This document shows positions 8,228 through 17,846 of a stretch of 45,796 nt of DNA, piece after piece. The stretch's first letter is position 1. Each line of letters starts with the position of its first letter. The position numbers were made by a program, and so were the translations under genes. The notes below the pieces were generated by a model. The model was not told the DNA's origin. It saw only the letters and a program-made list of their open reading frames with translations, and ran no database searches. Source of the DNA: Candidatus Daviesbacteria bacterium (GTDB taxonomy: Bacteria; Patescibacteriota; Microgenomatia; Daviesbacterales; UBA10151); the NCBI GenBank assembly GCA_003519445.1, contig DOWS01000012.1, forward strand, positions 14,134 to 59,929, read 5' to 3'.

Positions 8228-10318
8228 ATGAAACGCTTGGTTTTAGTTGATGGCAATGCCTTGCTGCATCGGGCATATCATGCCACCCCTCCTTTTACCA
8301 CTTCCAGAGGAGAACTGGTTAATGCTGTTTATGGCTTTTCCTCAATGCTTTTAAAAGTTTTAAGTGATCTTAAACCTGATTTTTTGGCTATTGCCTGGGA
8401 TGAAAAAGGGCCTACTTTCCGCCATCAGGCCTACACCCAATATAAAGCCACCCGCGGGCCAAAAGATGAGGGTTTATCCGTGCAATACGATAGAGTGCAT
8501 CAGGTTACCAAAGCTTTTAACATTCCCGAATTTAGTTTGTCTGGTTACGAGGCTGATGATTTAATTGGTACGCTGGCTACACAGGCACAGAATCTGGAAA
8601 CTATTGTTGTGACTGGAGATAGGGACATTATGCAATTAATTAATCAAAATACCAAAGTTTTTATGCCTAAAAAAACCATTAATGATGTGGGGATGTATGG
8701 GGAAGAGGAATTTATGGCTAAATACGGCTTTGAACCCAAACTGCTGGTTGATTATAAAGCTTTGGCAGGGGACGCCTCGGATAATATTCCTGGAGTTAAC
8801 GGAATAGGGGATGTATCTGCTACCAAGCTGATTCATCAATTTGGCACTATAGAAAATATTTACAAAGCAGAAAACTTGAAAACTTTACCAGAAAGATTAC
8901 AAAAATTGTTGGCAGAAGGGGCAGAAGAGGCAGTCATGTCCAAAAAACTAGCCACTTTGGATTTAAAAGCCCCGATAAAGCTGGATTTAGATAAATGCGT
9001 GATGGCAGACTATGATCAAAACAAAGTAGTTAAACTTTTTGAGGAACTGGAATTTAAAAGCCTGATCAGCCGAATTTCAGATGAAAAGCCAATCAAAAAC
9101 CAAGTTACTTTTGATTTGGATGTTCAAGTAACCCCTGTTTTGCAAAAAATGTCTAAAACAGGAATTTTAGTGGATTTAAAGTTTTTAAACAAGATGGGGA
9201 TTGATTTAAAATCCAGGCTTATTAATCTTGAACAAGAAATTTACTCAAAAATAGGGCATGAGATAAACCTCAATAGTCCAAAGCAGTTGCAAATAGTGCT
9301 TTTTGATGAATTAAAATTGCCTGTTTTTAAAAAAACCAAAACCGGCCGAAGTACAGATGAGGAAACTTTACATGAGCTGGCTGATGCCCATCCAGTTATG
9401 CCTTTGCTTTTGGAATACCGGCAGCTTTTTAAGCTGGTTTCCACTTATGTTGACGCTTTGCCAAAATCAGTTGGCAGCGACGGAAGAATTCACTCTACTT
9501 TTAATGTTGAGGGTGCAGCCACAGGCAGGCTATCTTCACAAGACCCCAACTTGCAAAATATTCCGGTAAGAGGGGAAATGGGAGGGGAAATAAGAAAAGC
9601 TTTTATCGCGCCTAAAGGCAAGGTTTTGCTGGCAGCTGATTATTCCCAAATAGAACTCCGCATTATGGCTCATTTATCCGGGGATGAGGCTTTAAAAAAA
9701 GCTTTTGAGCAAGGTTTGGATATTCACTCTGCCACAGCAGCTAAAATTTTTAAGCTGCCTTTAGAAAAAGTTAGCAAAGAGCAAAGAGGTGTTGGTAAAA
9801 CCATGAATTTTGCCACGCTTTATGGGCAGGGCCCTCATGCTTTGTCCCGCAGCTTAAAAGTGCCTTTTGAAATTGCCAGAAGTTATATTGAGGAATATTT
9901 TGCCCAGTTTCCTGAAATTGCGGAATGGATGCAAAAAACTTTGGAGTTTGGATATGAAAATGGTTATGTAGAAACTTTAATGGGCAGGAAAAGATATATA
10001 CCGGAGCTAAAAGCTGAAAATAGGATGATCCGTTCGGCTGGCGAGCGGGCAGCAGTTAACCATCCGGTTCAAGGGACAGCAGCAGATATGATTAAAAAAG
10101 CCATGGTGGAGATAGACTGTAACCTAAAACCTGTAACCTGTAACCTCATTCTGCAGGTTCATGATGAGCTTTTATTTGAATGTACTCCAAAATCTGTGGA
10201 AGAAGTGGGGAAAATGGTCAAAACTAAAATGGAAAATGCCCTGAAATTATCTGTTCCTGTGGTAGTTGACCTAAAGGTCGGTCCCAACTGGGGAGAAATG
10301 AAGGAATTAAATATTTAG
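8228..10318 (+). CDS. polA: DNA polymerase I (5'-3' exonuclease + polymerase; 3'-5' exo domain apparently absent)
   Basis: LVDGNALLHRAYHA, EADD, GDASDNIPGV, TGRLSS, DYSQIELR, QVHDEL. Confidence 0.97.
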   Translation: MKRLVLVDGNALLHRAYHATPPFTTSRGELVNAVYGFSSMLLKVLSDLKPDFLAIAWDEKGPTFRHQAYTQYKATRGPKDEGLSVQYDRVHQVTKAFNIPEFSLSGYEADDLIGTLATQAQNLETIVVTGDRDIMQLINQNTKVFMPKKTINDVGMYGEEEFMAKYGFEPKLLVDYKALAGDASDNIPGVNGIGDVSATKLIHQFGTIENIYKAENLKTLPERLQKLLAEGAEEAVMSKKLATLDLKAPIKLDLDKCVMADYDQNKVVKLFEELEFKSLISRISDEKPIKNQVTFDLDVQVTPVLQKMSKTGILVDLKFLNKMGIDLKSRLINLEQEIYSKIGHEINLNSPKQLQIVLFDELKLPVFKKTKTGRSTDEETLHELADAHPVMPLLLEYRQLFKLVSTYVDALPKSVGSDGRIHSTFNVEGAATGRLSSQDPNLQNIPVRGEMGGEIRKAFIAPKGKVLLAADYSQIELRIMAHLSGDEALKKAFEQGLDIHSATAAKIFKLPLEKVSKEQRGVGKTMNFATLYGQGPHALSRSLKVPFEIARSYIEEYFAQFPEIAEWMQKTLEFGYENGYVETLMGRKRYIPELKAENRMIRSAGERAAVNHPVQGTAADMIKKAMVEIDCNLKPVTCNLILQVHDELLFECTPKSVEEVGKMVKTKMENALKLSVPVVVDLKVGPNWGEMKELNI

Positions 10319-10430
10319 AAGAACATTGGGAGCAGCAGGTAAGGAGGTTTATGCAACGTTACTCACAATCATACTAAATTTGTCACAAAAATCCCACGCC
10401 GTTGCTAAAAATTTATGGTATACTAATTCT

Positions 10431-10682
10431 ATGATTAAAAAGAAACTTTTAAAATATACTGTTATTTATACAGAGGAACCTGAAGAAGGGTTTACTGTGA
10501 CAGTGCCGTCACTTCCGGGTTGTGTTACCTATGGCAAAAATTTAAAAGAGGCCGAGAAAATGGCCAAAGAGGCCATTGAACTTTATCTGGAAAGTTTGAA
10601 AGCCCACGAAGAAACTATACCAGAGGGTAACAAATCTTTTATTGGATCAGTGGATCTGGAATTTCCCTACGCTAATGCCTAA
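10431..10682 (+). CDS. hicB: HicB antitoxin
   Basis: GFTVTVPSLPGCVTYGKNLKEA; ATG 10431 after TGGTATACT. Confidence 0.88.
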   Translation: MIKKKLLKYTVIYTEEPEEGFTVTVPSLPGCVTYGKNLKEAEKMAKEAIELYLESLKAHEETIPEGNKSFIGSVDLEFPYANA

Positions 10683-10890
10683 AATTTATACTCCCAAACA
10701 GGTTCTCTCCAAATTCAAGAAATTGGGTTTTGTGGAAGATCGCCAAAGTGGCAGCCATAAAATTTTATTTCATCCTCAAACCCAAGCACGCGCTGTTATT
10801 CCTGTCCACATTAAAGAACTTCCGAAAGGGACATTTGCTGCTATTTTAAGAGAATCAAAAATTACCAAAAAAGAGTTTGAAAGGGTTTAG
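10675..10890 (+). CDS. hicA: HicA toxin
   Basis: LGFVEDRQSGSHKIL...VIPVH...LPKGTFAAIL. Confidence 0.9.
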   Translation: MPKIYTPKQVLSKFKKLGFVEDRQSGSHKILFHPQTQARAVIPVHIKELPKGTFAAILRESKITKKEFERV

Positions 10891-10898
10891 CTAGGTTT

Positions 10899-10914
10899 CC
10901 AACTGGGGAGAAAT
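10899..10914 (+). repeat. Short copy of polA 3' end (NWGE)
   Basis: CCAACTGGGGAGAAAT identical to 10284-10299. Confidence 0.7.
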
Positions 10915-10963
10915 AAAACCCACAAAAACTTGACAACAAGAAAAAAGTGTTATTATATAGATA

Positions 10964-11507
10964 ATGCCCATGATTGAGAGAGAGAGAGAGAGAGAGTAAA
11001 AAAGGCTTCACCCTTGTTGAGCTTTTAGTAGTTATAGCCATTATTGCCGTTTTATCTGCCGTGGGTTTAGTGATGTTTTCAAGTACCCAGAAAAGTGGCA
11101 GGATAACCAAAAGAATTCAGGATTTAAAAGCCATTCAAACAGCTCTTGAGCTTTATTACAATCAAAATGGCAAGTATCCATCTCAACCAATGACTTGGGC
11201 TTGTATAATAAATCTAAGTGGTGTCAATAATTTAGCACCCAATTTTATGGTGGTTGTCCCATCAGATCCTCTGGGAGATACACAATATTGTTATCAATAC
11301 CTAAGCTCCAACAATGATTTTGAATACAAAGTTAGAACCAACGCCAATGTTTTTGTAAACAGCGAAATGAGCTCTGATCAATTTAAGCAACAAAAAAACT
11401 TAATCGATCCGGCCAAAGACGGTACAGAAGATTGCCTTGTTCAAACAACCGGGATAGTGAGAGGGTGGGCTGTATATTCAGGCTCAAATATATGCCAAGC
11501 ACCGTAA
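10964..11507 (+). CDS. Type IV pilin/pseudopilin-like protein; ATG out of frame at (GA)n tract
   Basis: KKGFTLVELLVVIAIIAVLS N-methylation motif; DLKAIQTALELYY...YP; ATG 10964/10970 frame ends at TAA 10997. Confidence 0.85.
10976..10996 (+). repeat. (GA)10G microsatellite
   Basis: Read directly. Confidence 0.95.
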
Positions 11508-11512
11508 AGTTT

Positions 11513-12622
11513 ATGAAAATTAATCAAAAAGGGTTCATACAAATTATGGTTATTCTAATTTTATTACTAGGGTTGGCTGTTGGTGTATATCTTGTCCAAC
11601 ATCCACAAATCTTCAAATCTAGAGCTTACGACAATTTCTCCGAACAGGGATTTACTCAAGCCTTTAATTCTAAAAGGGGTGACCCAAACTATAATGAACA
11701 ATACGATGCCAACAAAGATGGGGTGATTAATACTGTTGATAAAAGTTTATTGCAAAATATGTTCGGCTGGAGTAAGGAGTCTTTAGAGTCAATTCCCCAA
11801 AAACTTTCCGGTTCTTTCCCCATCAGAAATGAAAATGTGATTATGTTTAATGGAGCACCAGAAGGTTCCCTCACTGTTTACGGTTTGAGTGACAATGGCA
11901 GAACGGCCATAGATCTGGGGCCAACCAGAGGCGTTTTGCCCAACGAGCATGCTCTAGCGGAAGTAGTGCTCTATCGCACTCAGGATCAAAAAAATAATTT
12001 TGAGAGGATGAATTGGACTGCAGGTTCAGCTACTATTCCCCACTATCGTTTTGGTGTAGAAAGAGGTGGTTCCGGGCAGTTCCGTGACATTGTTTTTGCC
12101 TTCGAAGATGTCACCCCCGGCAAGGCAGAGATACCATTTATTATTTCAGCCGATTCGGTCAATGGATCACACTATTTGGCAATCCAACAAGGACATTTGG
12201 TTTTTATCACACCCTCGATGGGAGGAGAAGGAAGTAGTTTCTATATTGGACGAGGTGGTGACCAAAATCTAGATTTCAATGCTCCTTCAGACGGTAATCT
12301 GGAGTTTTTAATTGGTAATAAACCTGTAGGCGTTTTCTCTAAAAGCGGTTTGCGTGTTCATGGCTTAGTAACAGATGATGGAAAACTTCTTGAAGCCCCG
12401 GATTATGTATTTGAATCTGGGTATAATCTCAAATCATTGGAACAAGTTGAACAATTTATACTAGAGAATAAACATTTAGAGGGATTGCCTGATGCCTCCG
12501 ATATCCAAGGTTGGGCAAATCTTAGTTTACAAGAAAGAGAAATGAAACTTCTGGAAAAAATTGAGGAGTTAACTTTATACATAATAGACCTGAATAAGAA
12601 AATTCAAATGCTGCAAAATTAA
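11513..12622 (+). CDS. Pilin-like-anchored surface protein with EF-hand/dockerin-like motif and fibre-type C-terminus
   Basis: MKINQKGF + TM; DANKDGVINTVD; PDYVFE..Y.L..L...E.FI..NKHL...LLEKIEELTLYII. Confidence 0.65.
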   Translation: MKINQKGFIQIMVILILLLGLAVGVYLVQHPQIFKSRAYDNFSEQGFTQAFNSKRGDPNYNEQYDANKDGVINTVDKSLLQNMFGWSKESLESIPQKLSGSFPIRNENVIMFNGAPEGSLTVYGLSDNGRTAIDLGPTRGVLPNEHALAEVVLYRTQDQKNNFERMNWTAGSATIPHYRFGVERGGSGQFRDIVFAFEDVTPGKAEIPFIISADSVNGSHYLAIQQGHLVFITPSMGGEGSSFYIGRGGDQNLDFNAPSDGNLEFLIGNKPVGVFSKSGLRVHGLVTDDGKLLEAPDYVFESGYNLKSLEQVEQFILENKHLEGLPDASDIQGWANLSLQEREMKLLEKIEELTLYIIDLNKKIQMLQN

Positions 12623-12774
12623 GAAAACTCCCAGGGTTTGTGAATTTTGTTAGGATCTCTTAAACCATTGACTTTTCCCTATTGAGAGAAATCCTAATTA
12701 ATAATGGGGTTATCAAAAGATAATAAGATTATTAAGGAACAGCGAAAAAGTTCCTGATCCTGTGGCGGGCCAAG

Positions 12775-12992
12775 ATGGTCAAGGATAAAATGGAAAATGC
12801 TTTAAAATTATCAGTTCCAGTAGTAGTTGACCTGAAAGTGGGTAATAATTGGGAAGAAATGAAGGAATTAAATATTTAGAAGAAAATTGGGAGCAGCAGG
12901 TAGGGAGGTTTATGCGACATCACTCACAATCATACTAAATATGTCACAAAAATTCCACTGGTGTTTAAAGTTTATGGTATACTATTTTCATG
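12775..12992 (+). repeat. Diverged ~220-bp duplicate of polA 3' end plus downstream promoter spacer (native ~10214-10433)
   Basis: Encodes MVKDKMENALKLSVPVVVDLKVGNNWEEMKELNI* vs native MVKTKMENALKLSVPVVVDLKVGPNWGEMKELNI*; similarity continues to the next ATG. Confidence 0.95.
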
Positions 12993-13325
12993 AACAAATT
13001 AGTTCCTTTTGCTAAATTTTCCAAAAAAAATACACCACTTTCAGGCGTATCTGTGGTGGTGAATCAAAAAAATGTTCCCTTGGGATTTGTTTTTGGGAGA
13101 GATTCTTTTATATCTTTATGTACAGTTTTTGATGAAGAGTTTGAAAAAAGAGTGAACAATCCCCAAAAAGCATATAATAATTTAGCTGGTAAATTGATTG
13201 ACCTCATTGAAGAAAAATTACCCATTAATCCAAAGTTTGTCAAAGATTTGAAAACTTCCATCAGTGATGCTAAAAAAACACGCTGGATTCCGCTTGAAGA
13301 AATAAAGCACTCTCTAAATGTTTAA
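12990..13325 (+). CDS. Putative antitoxin / hypothetical protein
   Basis: Ends WIPLEEIK, overlaps a RelE remnant. Confidence 0.6.
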   Translation: MNKLVPFAKFSKKNTPLSGVSVVVNQKNVPLGFVFGRDSFISLCTVFDEEFEKRVNNPQKAYNNLAGKLIDLIEEKLPINPKFVKDLKTSISDAKKTRWIPLEEIKHSLNV

Positions 13326-13466
13326 TGTCAAATTTACTCCTACAGGACAAATCATAGATTTAGAGTAGGTGATTACAGAATTGCCTTTTATGTTGAACAG
13401 GACACAATTTATGTAGAAAGAGCAAGGCATAGAAAAGAAGTATATTATTTGGAAATAAAAATTTAA
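13318..13466 (+). pseudogene. RelE/ParE toxin remnant (internal deletion, frameshift)
   Basis: MFNVKFTP start, then another frame reads HRFRVGDYRIAFYVEQDTIYVERARHRKEVY. Confidence 0.75.
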
Positions 13467-13474
13467 AACCCGTG

Positions 13475-13510
13475 CCCAACTGGGGAGAAATGAAGCCGCT
13501 TAACAGTTGA
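13475..13510 (+). repeat. Copy of polA 3' end (PNWGEMKPLNS*)
   Basis: CCCAACTGGGGAGAAATGAAG identical to 10283-10303. Confidence 0.88.
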
Positions 13511-13717
13511 AAATTATTCTGTTCTAGGAGAATAAATAGGAATTAATTGAACTGTAAAGGGAATCCTTCTATGATCAAAACCATGGCGGTGAAGATTTAC
13601 TACAAGACCTTCGCAAGCACGAGATACATCGATCTCTAGAGCTCCGCGACGGATATGGTAATTCAAGCTACAATTAGTCCTTGACATCATATATATGATT
13701 TTATAAAATTGATATAT

Positions 13718-13978
13718 ATGCTACAGACTGTTCAGGCATTTCAACTGGGCTCATCAACCGTCATCACCCTGCCTAAAAAGCTGGGAATTCTGCCTGGCCA
13801 GAGATTAAAAGTGGATAAATATGGACAAAAAATTACTCTCCAAAAGGAAAAAATAACGGAAGAACAAATTGAAAAGCTGGTTAAAAAACTATCCGGAGGA
13901 GCCAGATTAAAGAAAGACTTAACACCCGAGGAAATAAATGAAGAGCTGGATAGACGCTATGAAGAAATGTTACCTTGA
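13718..13978 (+). CDS. AbrB/MazE-type antitoxin
   Basis: FQLGSSTVITLPKKLGI; TTGACA 13681. Confidence 0.8.
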   Translation: MLQTVQAFQLGSSTVITLPKKLGILPGQRLKVDKYGQKITLQKEKITEEQIEKLVKKLSGGARLKKDLTPEEINEELDRRYEEMLP

Positions 13979-14420
13979 CGCCAATTTGTTATTATATTAT
14001 TCCGATCCCGACTCCTTATTTTATAGTCAGGCGACGGCCATTATTTCTCAACTACTGGATGAAGGGTGGACACTATTTTTGTCATCGCTAACTTTGGATG
14101 AGTATTTCCATAACATGATTCGTTTCTCCAGAGTTTCCAGAGAAGAAGCCATTAAGGATCTTAAGGGTAGTTTTGGCAAAATAATCAAATTACCGGATCT
14201 TCAAATGATTACTGCCGGCTTACAATTAAAAAGGCAGCAAAAAGTAATTAATCTAATGATCAAAAATCAATTAAGAGCCCGGGATGCTTATCATTTATTT
14301 ATCATGCTGGAAAATAAAGTTAAATTTATGGCCACTTTTGATAATGATTTTAATAAAGTTTTTTTAAGTGGTAAAATTAAGAAATTCAATCCGGCCCCAG
14401 TAGATAGGAAAAAACTCTAA
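13959..14420 (+). CDS. vapC: PIN-domain VapC toxin
   Basis: YLDANLL...E...RDAYHL...ATFDNDF. Confidence 0.88.
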   Translation: MKKCYLDANLLLYYSDPDSLFYSQATAIISQLLDEGWTLFLSSLTLDEYFHNMIRFSRVSREEAIKDLKGSFGKIIKLPDLQMITAGLQLKRQQKVINLMIKNQLRARDAYHLFIMLENKVKFMATFDNDFNKVFLSGKIKKFNPAPVDRKKL

Positions 14421-15307
14421 CTAACCATTTTTTTAACAGGTCTTTGTTCGATTTCAAACCTGATAAATCCTGTTTTTTCCAGAATATAAAAAATAATCCA
14501 GAGTATGGGATGAATTAAAAGATTCAGAAAAGAAACTAGAGATTGGAGAGAAATAAATAAAAGTAATGCCAAAACAGCGGGAATGAAATTTAAGTACGGC
14601 TTAATAAAATTTTGCAGTTGATCCTTGACTGTTTGTTTAACAAGATTGGCAGTAGTATTTTGCGGAGTATCTAAAATTTTTGGATCAAGGCCATATTGTT
14701 TTAATAAATCCGGATTTTGCTTTAAAAGTTCAAGTTGCTCCGGGGGAATGGAAAATTGGGAAGTTTCCTGGGGGAGAGAAGATTCAATTGGAGTAAATTT
14801 TAAGGCAGTATCAATCAAAGAATCAGGAATCTGGAAACCTGTTTTTTGGATGATTTGATTAATGGATAAAAAATAAGTAAGCGAGAAGGTTAGTATTAAC
14901 AAACCCGTTAGTTGTTTTATGGAAGGGGAAATCAGGGCATTTGGATTAAATGTAAAATATGTTTTTAGTTTATTTGTTAAAGTCAGGTAAGTTAAAGATA
15001 AACTGATTAAAACTCCCAGTCCAAAAATTAACCCCAGCACAGGCTCCAAAAATAGCATTGGTAAGATAGATGCAAATAATGCTACAGGTAAAACCATTTT
15101 CCAGTTTTGGGCAAAAGTAATAAATAGATTAAATATCAAGCCGGAAATTAAAATAAGAAAAGCTAGAATAATAAGCTGGATTAAGCTATTTGAGGATAAA
15201 GAGAAAATAATGTCATAAGATTTTAAAAAAGGAACTATTTGAGAAGCAAGAAAAGCAAAAACCGTCAGGAAAACAGGTGCCAGAATAAGTTTTTTAAGCA
15301 TGATCAT
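14417..15307 (-). CDS. Multi-pass membrane protein
   Basis: About 6 hydrophobic segments. Confidence 0.8.
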   Translation of the reverse strand: MIMLKKLILAPVFLTVFAFLASQIVPFLKSYDIIFSLSSNSLIQLIILAFLILISGLIFNLFITFAQNWKMVLPVALFASILPMLFLEPVLGLIFGLGVLISLSLTYLTLTNKLKTYFTFNPNALISPSIKQLTGLLILTFSLTYFLSINQIIQKTGFQIPDSLIDTALKFTPIESSLPQETSQFSIPPEQLELLKQNPDLLKQYGLDPKILDTPQNTTANLVKQTVKDQLQNFIKPYLNFIPAVLALLLFISLQSLVSFLNLLIHPILWIIFYILEKTGFIRFEIEQRPVKKMVS

Positions 15308-15327
15308 GGTATACTCTCAATAATAAC

Positions 15328-16140
15328 ATGAAGACATTAGTTACACATATTAATCCGCATTTGGATGATATAGCTGCCATTTGGCTATTTAAAAAATTCC
15401 ATACTGATTTTAAAGATGCTGGTTTAGAGTTTATTTCAGCCCATGAGGGCAATCTGGGACTAACAGATTCTGATAATAAAGTTTATTTTGGGGTTGGCAG
15501 GGGTAAATTTGATGAGCACAAAGGGGACTTAGAAGATTGTGCCACCTCGCTTGTTTGGAAAGATATTCAAAATCAGGGTCTTGCTCCTAAAGATGAAGCA
15601 GAACTTAAAGCCTATGAGGAATTAGTGGAATGGAGCAGGTTAATTGATTTAGGCAGAATGCCCATTCAGGAATTTGATGAATTTAGTGTTCAAGCTTTTA
15701 TCCGCCCCCATGAATCAACACAGGAAAGTTCTAAAGAGGCAGCTATCTTGGGTGAGAAGATTTTAGATCGGATTTTATCTGTTTTAAAAAGAAAACAACA
15801 AGCTATTTTAGACTGGGAAAAGGCAGTAGAGTTTCAGACAGAATTTGGAAAAACTATTGCCATAATTTCAGAAACTGTGGACCGTGAATTCTGTAGGGGG
15901 CAGACAGCAGATTTATTTTTGATGTATAATCCAAAATACAAATCAGTCCAGTTTTTTACTCCCTCATTTGAGATTGATTTAAAGCCAATTTATGACAAAG
16001 TTAAATTAATTGATCCAGAAGCTTCCTGGTTTTTACACCAATCACACCATATGGTAATTTGCGGTTCATCTTCTGCGCCGGATTCCAAACCCACAAAACT
16101 TACTTTTGAACAGTTGATTGAACTGGTCAAATCAGTTTAA
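15328..16140 (+). CDS. Putative metal-dependent hydrolase (MYG1/DHH-like)
   Basis: VTHINPHLDD and GRGKFDEH motifs. Confidence 0.55.
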   Translation: MKTLVTHINPHLDDIAAIWLFKKFHTDFKDAGLEFISAHEGNLGLTDSDNKVYFGVGRGKFDEHKGDLEDCATSLVWKDIQNQGLAPKDEAELKAYEELVEWSRLIDLGRMPIQEFDEFSVQAFIRPHESTQESSKEAAILGEKILDRILSVLKRKQQAILDWEKAVEFQTEFGKTIAIISETVDREFCRGQTADLFLMYNPKYKSVQFFTPSFEIDLKPIYDKVKLIDPEASWFLHQSHHMVICGSSSAPDSKPTKLTFEQLIELVKSV

Positions 16141-16517
16141 ACATTGACAGTTTTGCCGCCCTCGCCAATGACTATGCCCATGGCAAAATAATCTATGTCT
16201 TCATCAGAGAGATTTTCAAAAGTGTGAATTTCTCCCTTTTTGGCAATGACTAAATCTCCCTTTTCCAAAATAGCCTCATCCTGACCTATTTTTGCTTTGA
16301 CTTTGCCATTCATAATGATAAAAACTTCCATCATCTGTTCATGATAATGGGGAGCAAAAGTTTTACCTTTGGGCAGTCTGGCCCAGTTAATCATCTGTAC
16401 CCGGCCGGCAGGCAAATCGTCTCTTTTTAGCAAAACTTTTTTTAAAGCCCCTGGATCTTTTGGGTCTTCATGGGAAGCCGGAATAAAATTTAAGTTCTTG
16501 AAATGGACTATTTTCAT
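16137..16517 (-). CDS. Cupin domain protein
   Basis: PHYHEQMMEVF...G...GEIHTFEN. Confidence 0.88.
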   Translation of the reverse strand: MKIVHFKNLNFIPASHEDPKDPGALKKVLLKRDDLPAGRVQMINWARLPKGKTFAPHYHEQMMEVFIIMNGKVKAKIGQDEAILEKGDLVIAKKGEIHTFENLSDEDIDYFAMGIVIGEGGKTVNV

Positions 16518-16535
16518 AGGATATAATTATACCCT

Positions 16536-16703
16536 ATGTGTTATAACTGCGGATGCGGCATGCCTAATGATGATATGGGAAATACGGATAATATTACCGA
16601 GGAAACAATTAAAAAAGCTGCCAAAGCTTCGGGTCAAAGCATAGAGGAAGCGAAAAAAAATACACTGGAGTTGCTAAAAAAACAGCTGGGGCAAAAAAGT
16701 TAG
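16536..16703 (+). CDS. Small Cys-rich protein, 55 aa (absent from ORF track)
   Basis: MCYNCGCGMPNDDMGNTDNITEETIKKAAKASGQSIEEAKKNTLELLKKQLGQKS; TATAAT just upstream. Confidence 0.75.
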   Translation: MCYNCGCGMPNDDMGNTDNITEETIKKAAKASGQSIEEAKKNTLELLKKQLGQKS

Positions 16704-16724
16704 TAATTCTGCTACAATTACTTC

Positions 16725-17846
16725 ATGAAGGTTGCCTTGGTTCATGATTATTTACGGGAATATGGGGGGGCAGAGAGGGTTTTGGAGGTTTTACATGAGA
16801 TTTGGCCTGATGCTCCCATTTTTACTGCATATCTAAATTTAGATGCCATGGGGGAAAACGGCAAGAGATTTGCAAGTTGGGATATAAGACCTTCCTGGTT
16901 TCAAAAGTTTCCTTTTGCCAATAAATTACTTTCTCCTTTTAGAATCTTTGGCCCCATGATGTTTGAAAGCTTTGATCTGTCAGAATATGATTTAGTCATC
17001 TCATCTTCTTCTGCAACACACTTGGCTAAAGCTGTTATTACTAAGCCGGAAACTTTGCATATAAGCTATATTCATACTCCTCCCAGGTTTTTATATGGTT
17101 ATGTCACGAGTTTTAATTATAAAAAGCACTGGTGGACAAGGATTGGGGGGGAGATCATAAATCATTTTATGAGGATTTATGATTTTGAAGTCTCTCAAAG
17201 GCCGGATATTTTAGTGGCCAATTCCAAAAATGTGGCAGCCCGCATAAAAAAGTTTTACAGAAGAGATTCTGTTGTTATTTACCCGCCTGTGGAAATCAAA
17301 AAGGTTACAGGTTACAGGGGACAGGGCACAGGTGAGTATTATATTTCAGTGGGGAGGTTAGTTAGAGGTAAAGGATTAGATGTTATAGTGCAAGCATGTG
17401 ATGAATTAGGATTGTTTCTTAAAATCGTAGGATCTGGCCCTGAATTACAAAATCTTAAATCATTAATCGTAAATCATAAATCAAATATAGAATTTTTAGG
17501 GCAGGTTAGTGATGAAGAACTGGCTAAATTATATGCCGGGGCCAAGGCTACTATTGTAGCGAGTGAAGATGAGGATTTTGGCATTGTGCCGGTTGAAAGT
17601 ATGGCTTGCGGGACACCTGTTATAGCTGTTAAAGCAGGCGGATTTTTGGAAACAGTTATTGAAGGGAAAACAGGTGAGTATTTCAATAATGCGACGGTCG
17701 TTGAACTAATGAAAGTTTTAGAAAAATTTGATCCTAAAAAATATCAGGTAGAAGATTGCAGAAAACAGGCCCAAAGATTTTCCAAAGAAAGATTTAAAAA
17801 AGAAATTTTGGAGTTGGTGGAAGAAAACATTCATGAAAAAAGTTAA
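16725..17846 (+). CDS. Glycosyltransferase family 4 (GT-B)
   Basis: HDYL..YGGAERV, EDFGIVPVESMACGTPVI. Confidence 0.93.
   Translation: MKVALVHDYLREYGGAERVLEVLHEIWPDAPIFTAYLNLDAMGENGKRFASWDIRPSWFQKFPFANKLLSPFRIFGPMMFESFDLSEYDLVISSSSATHLAKAVITKPETLHISYIHTPPRFLYGYVTSFNYKKHWWTRIGGEIINHFMRIYDFEVSQRPDILVANSKNVAARIKKFYRRDSVVIYPPVEIKKVTGYRGQGTGEYYISVGRLVRGKGLDVIVQACDELGLFLKIVGSGPELQNLKSLIVNHKSNIEFLGQVSDEELAKLYAGAKATIVASEDEDFGIVPVESMACGTPVIAVKAGGFLETVIEGKTGEYFNNATVVELMKVLEKFDPKKYQVEDCRKQAQRFSKERFKKEILELVEENIHEKS

Noticed and set aside
12623-12770. Possible gene fragments here and at 13510-13680
   Set aside because: Too short or degenerate to assign by eye
10431-14420. Prophage or IS-based island
   Set aside because: No integrase, transposase, terminal inverted repeats or phage structural genes recognised
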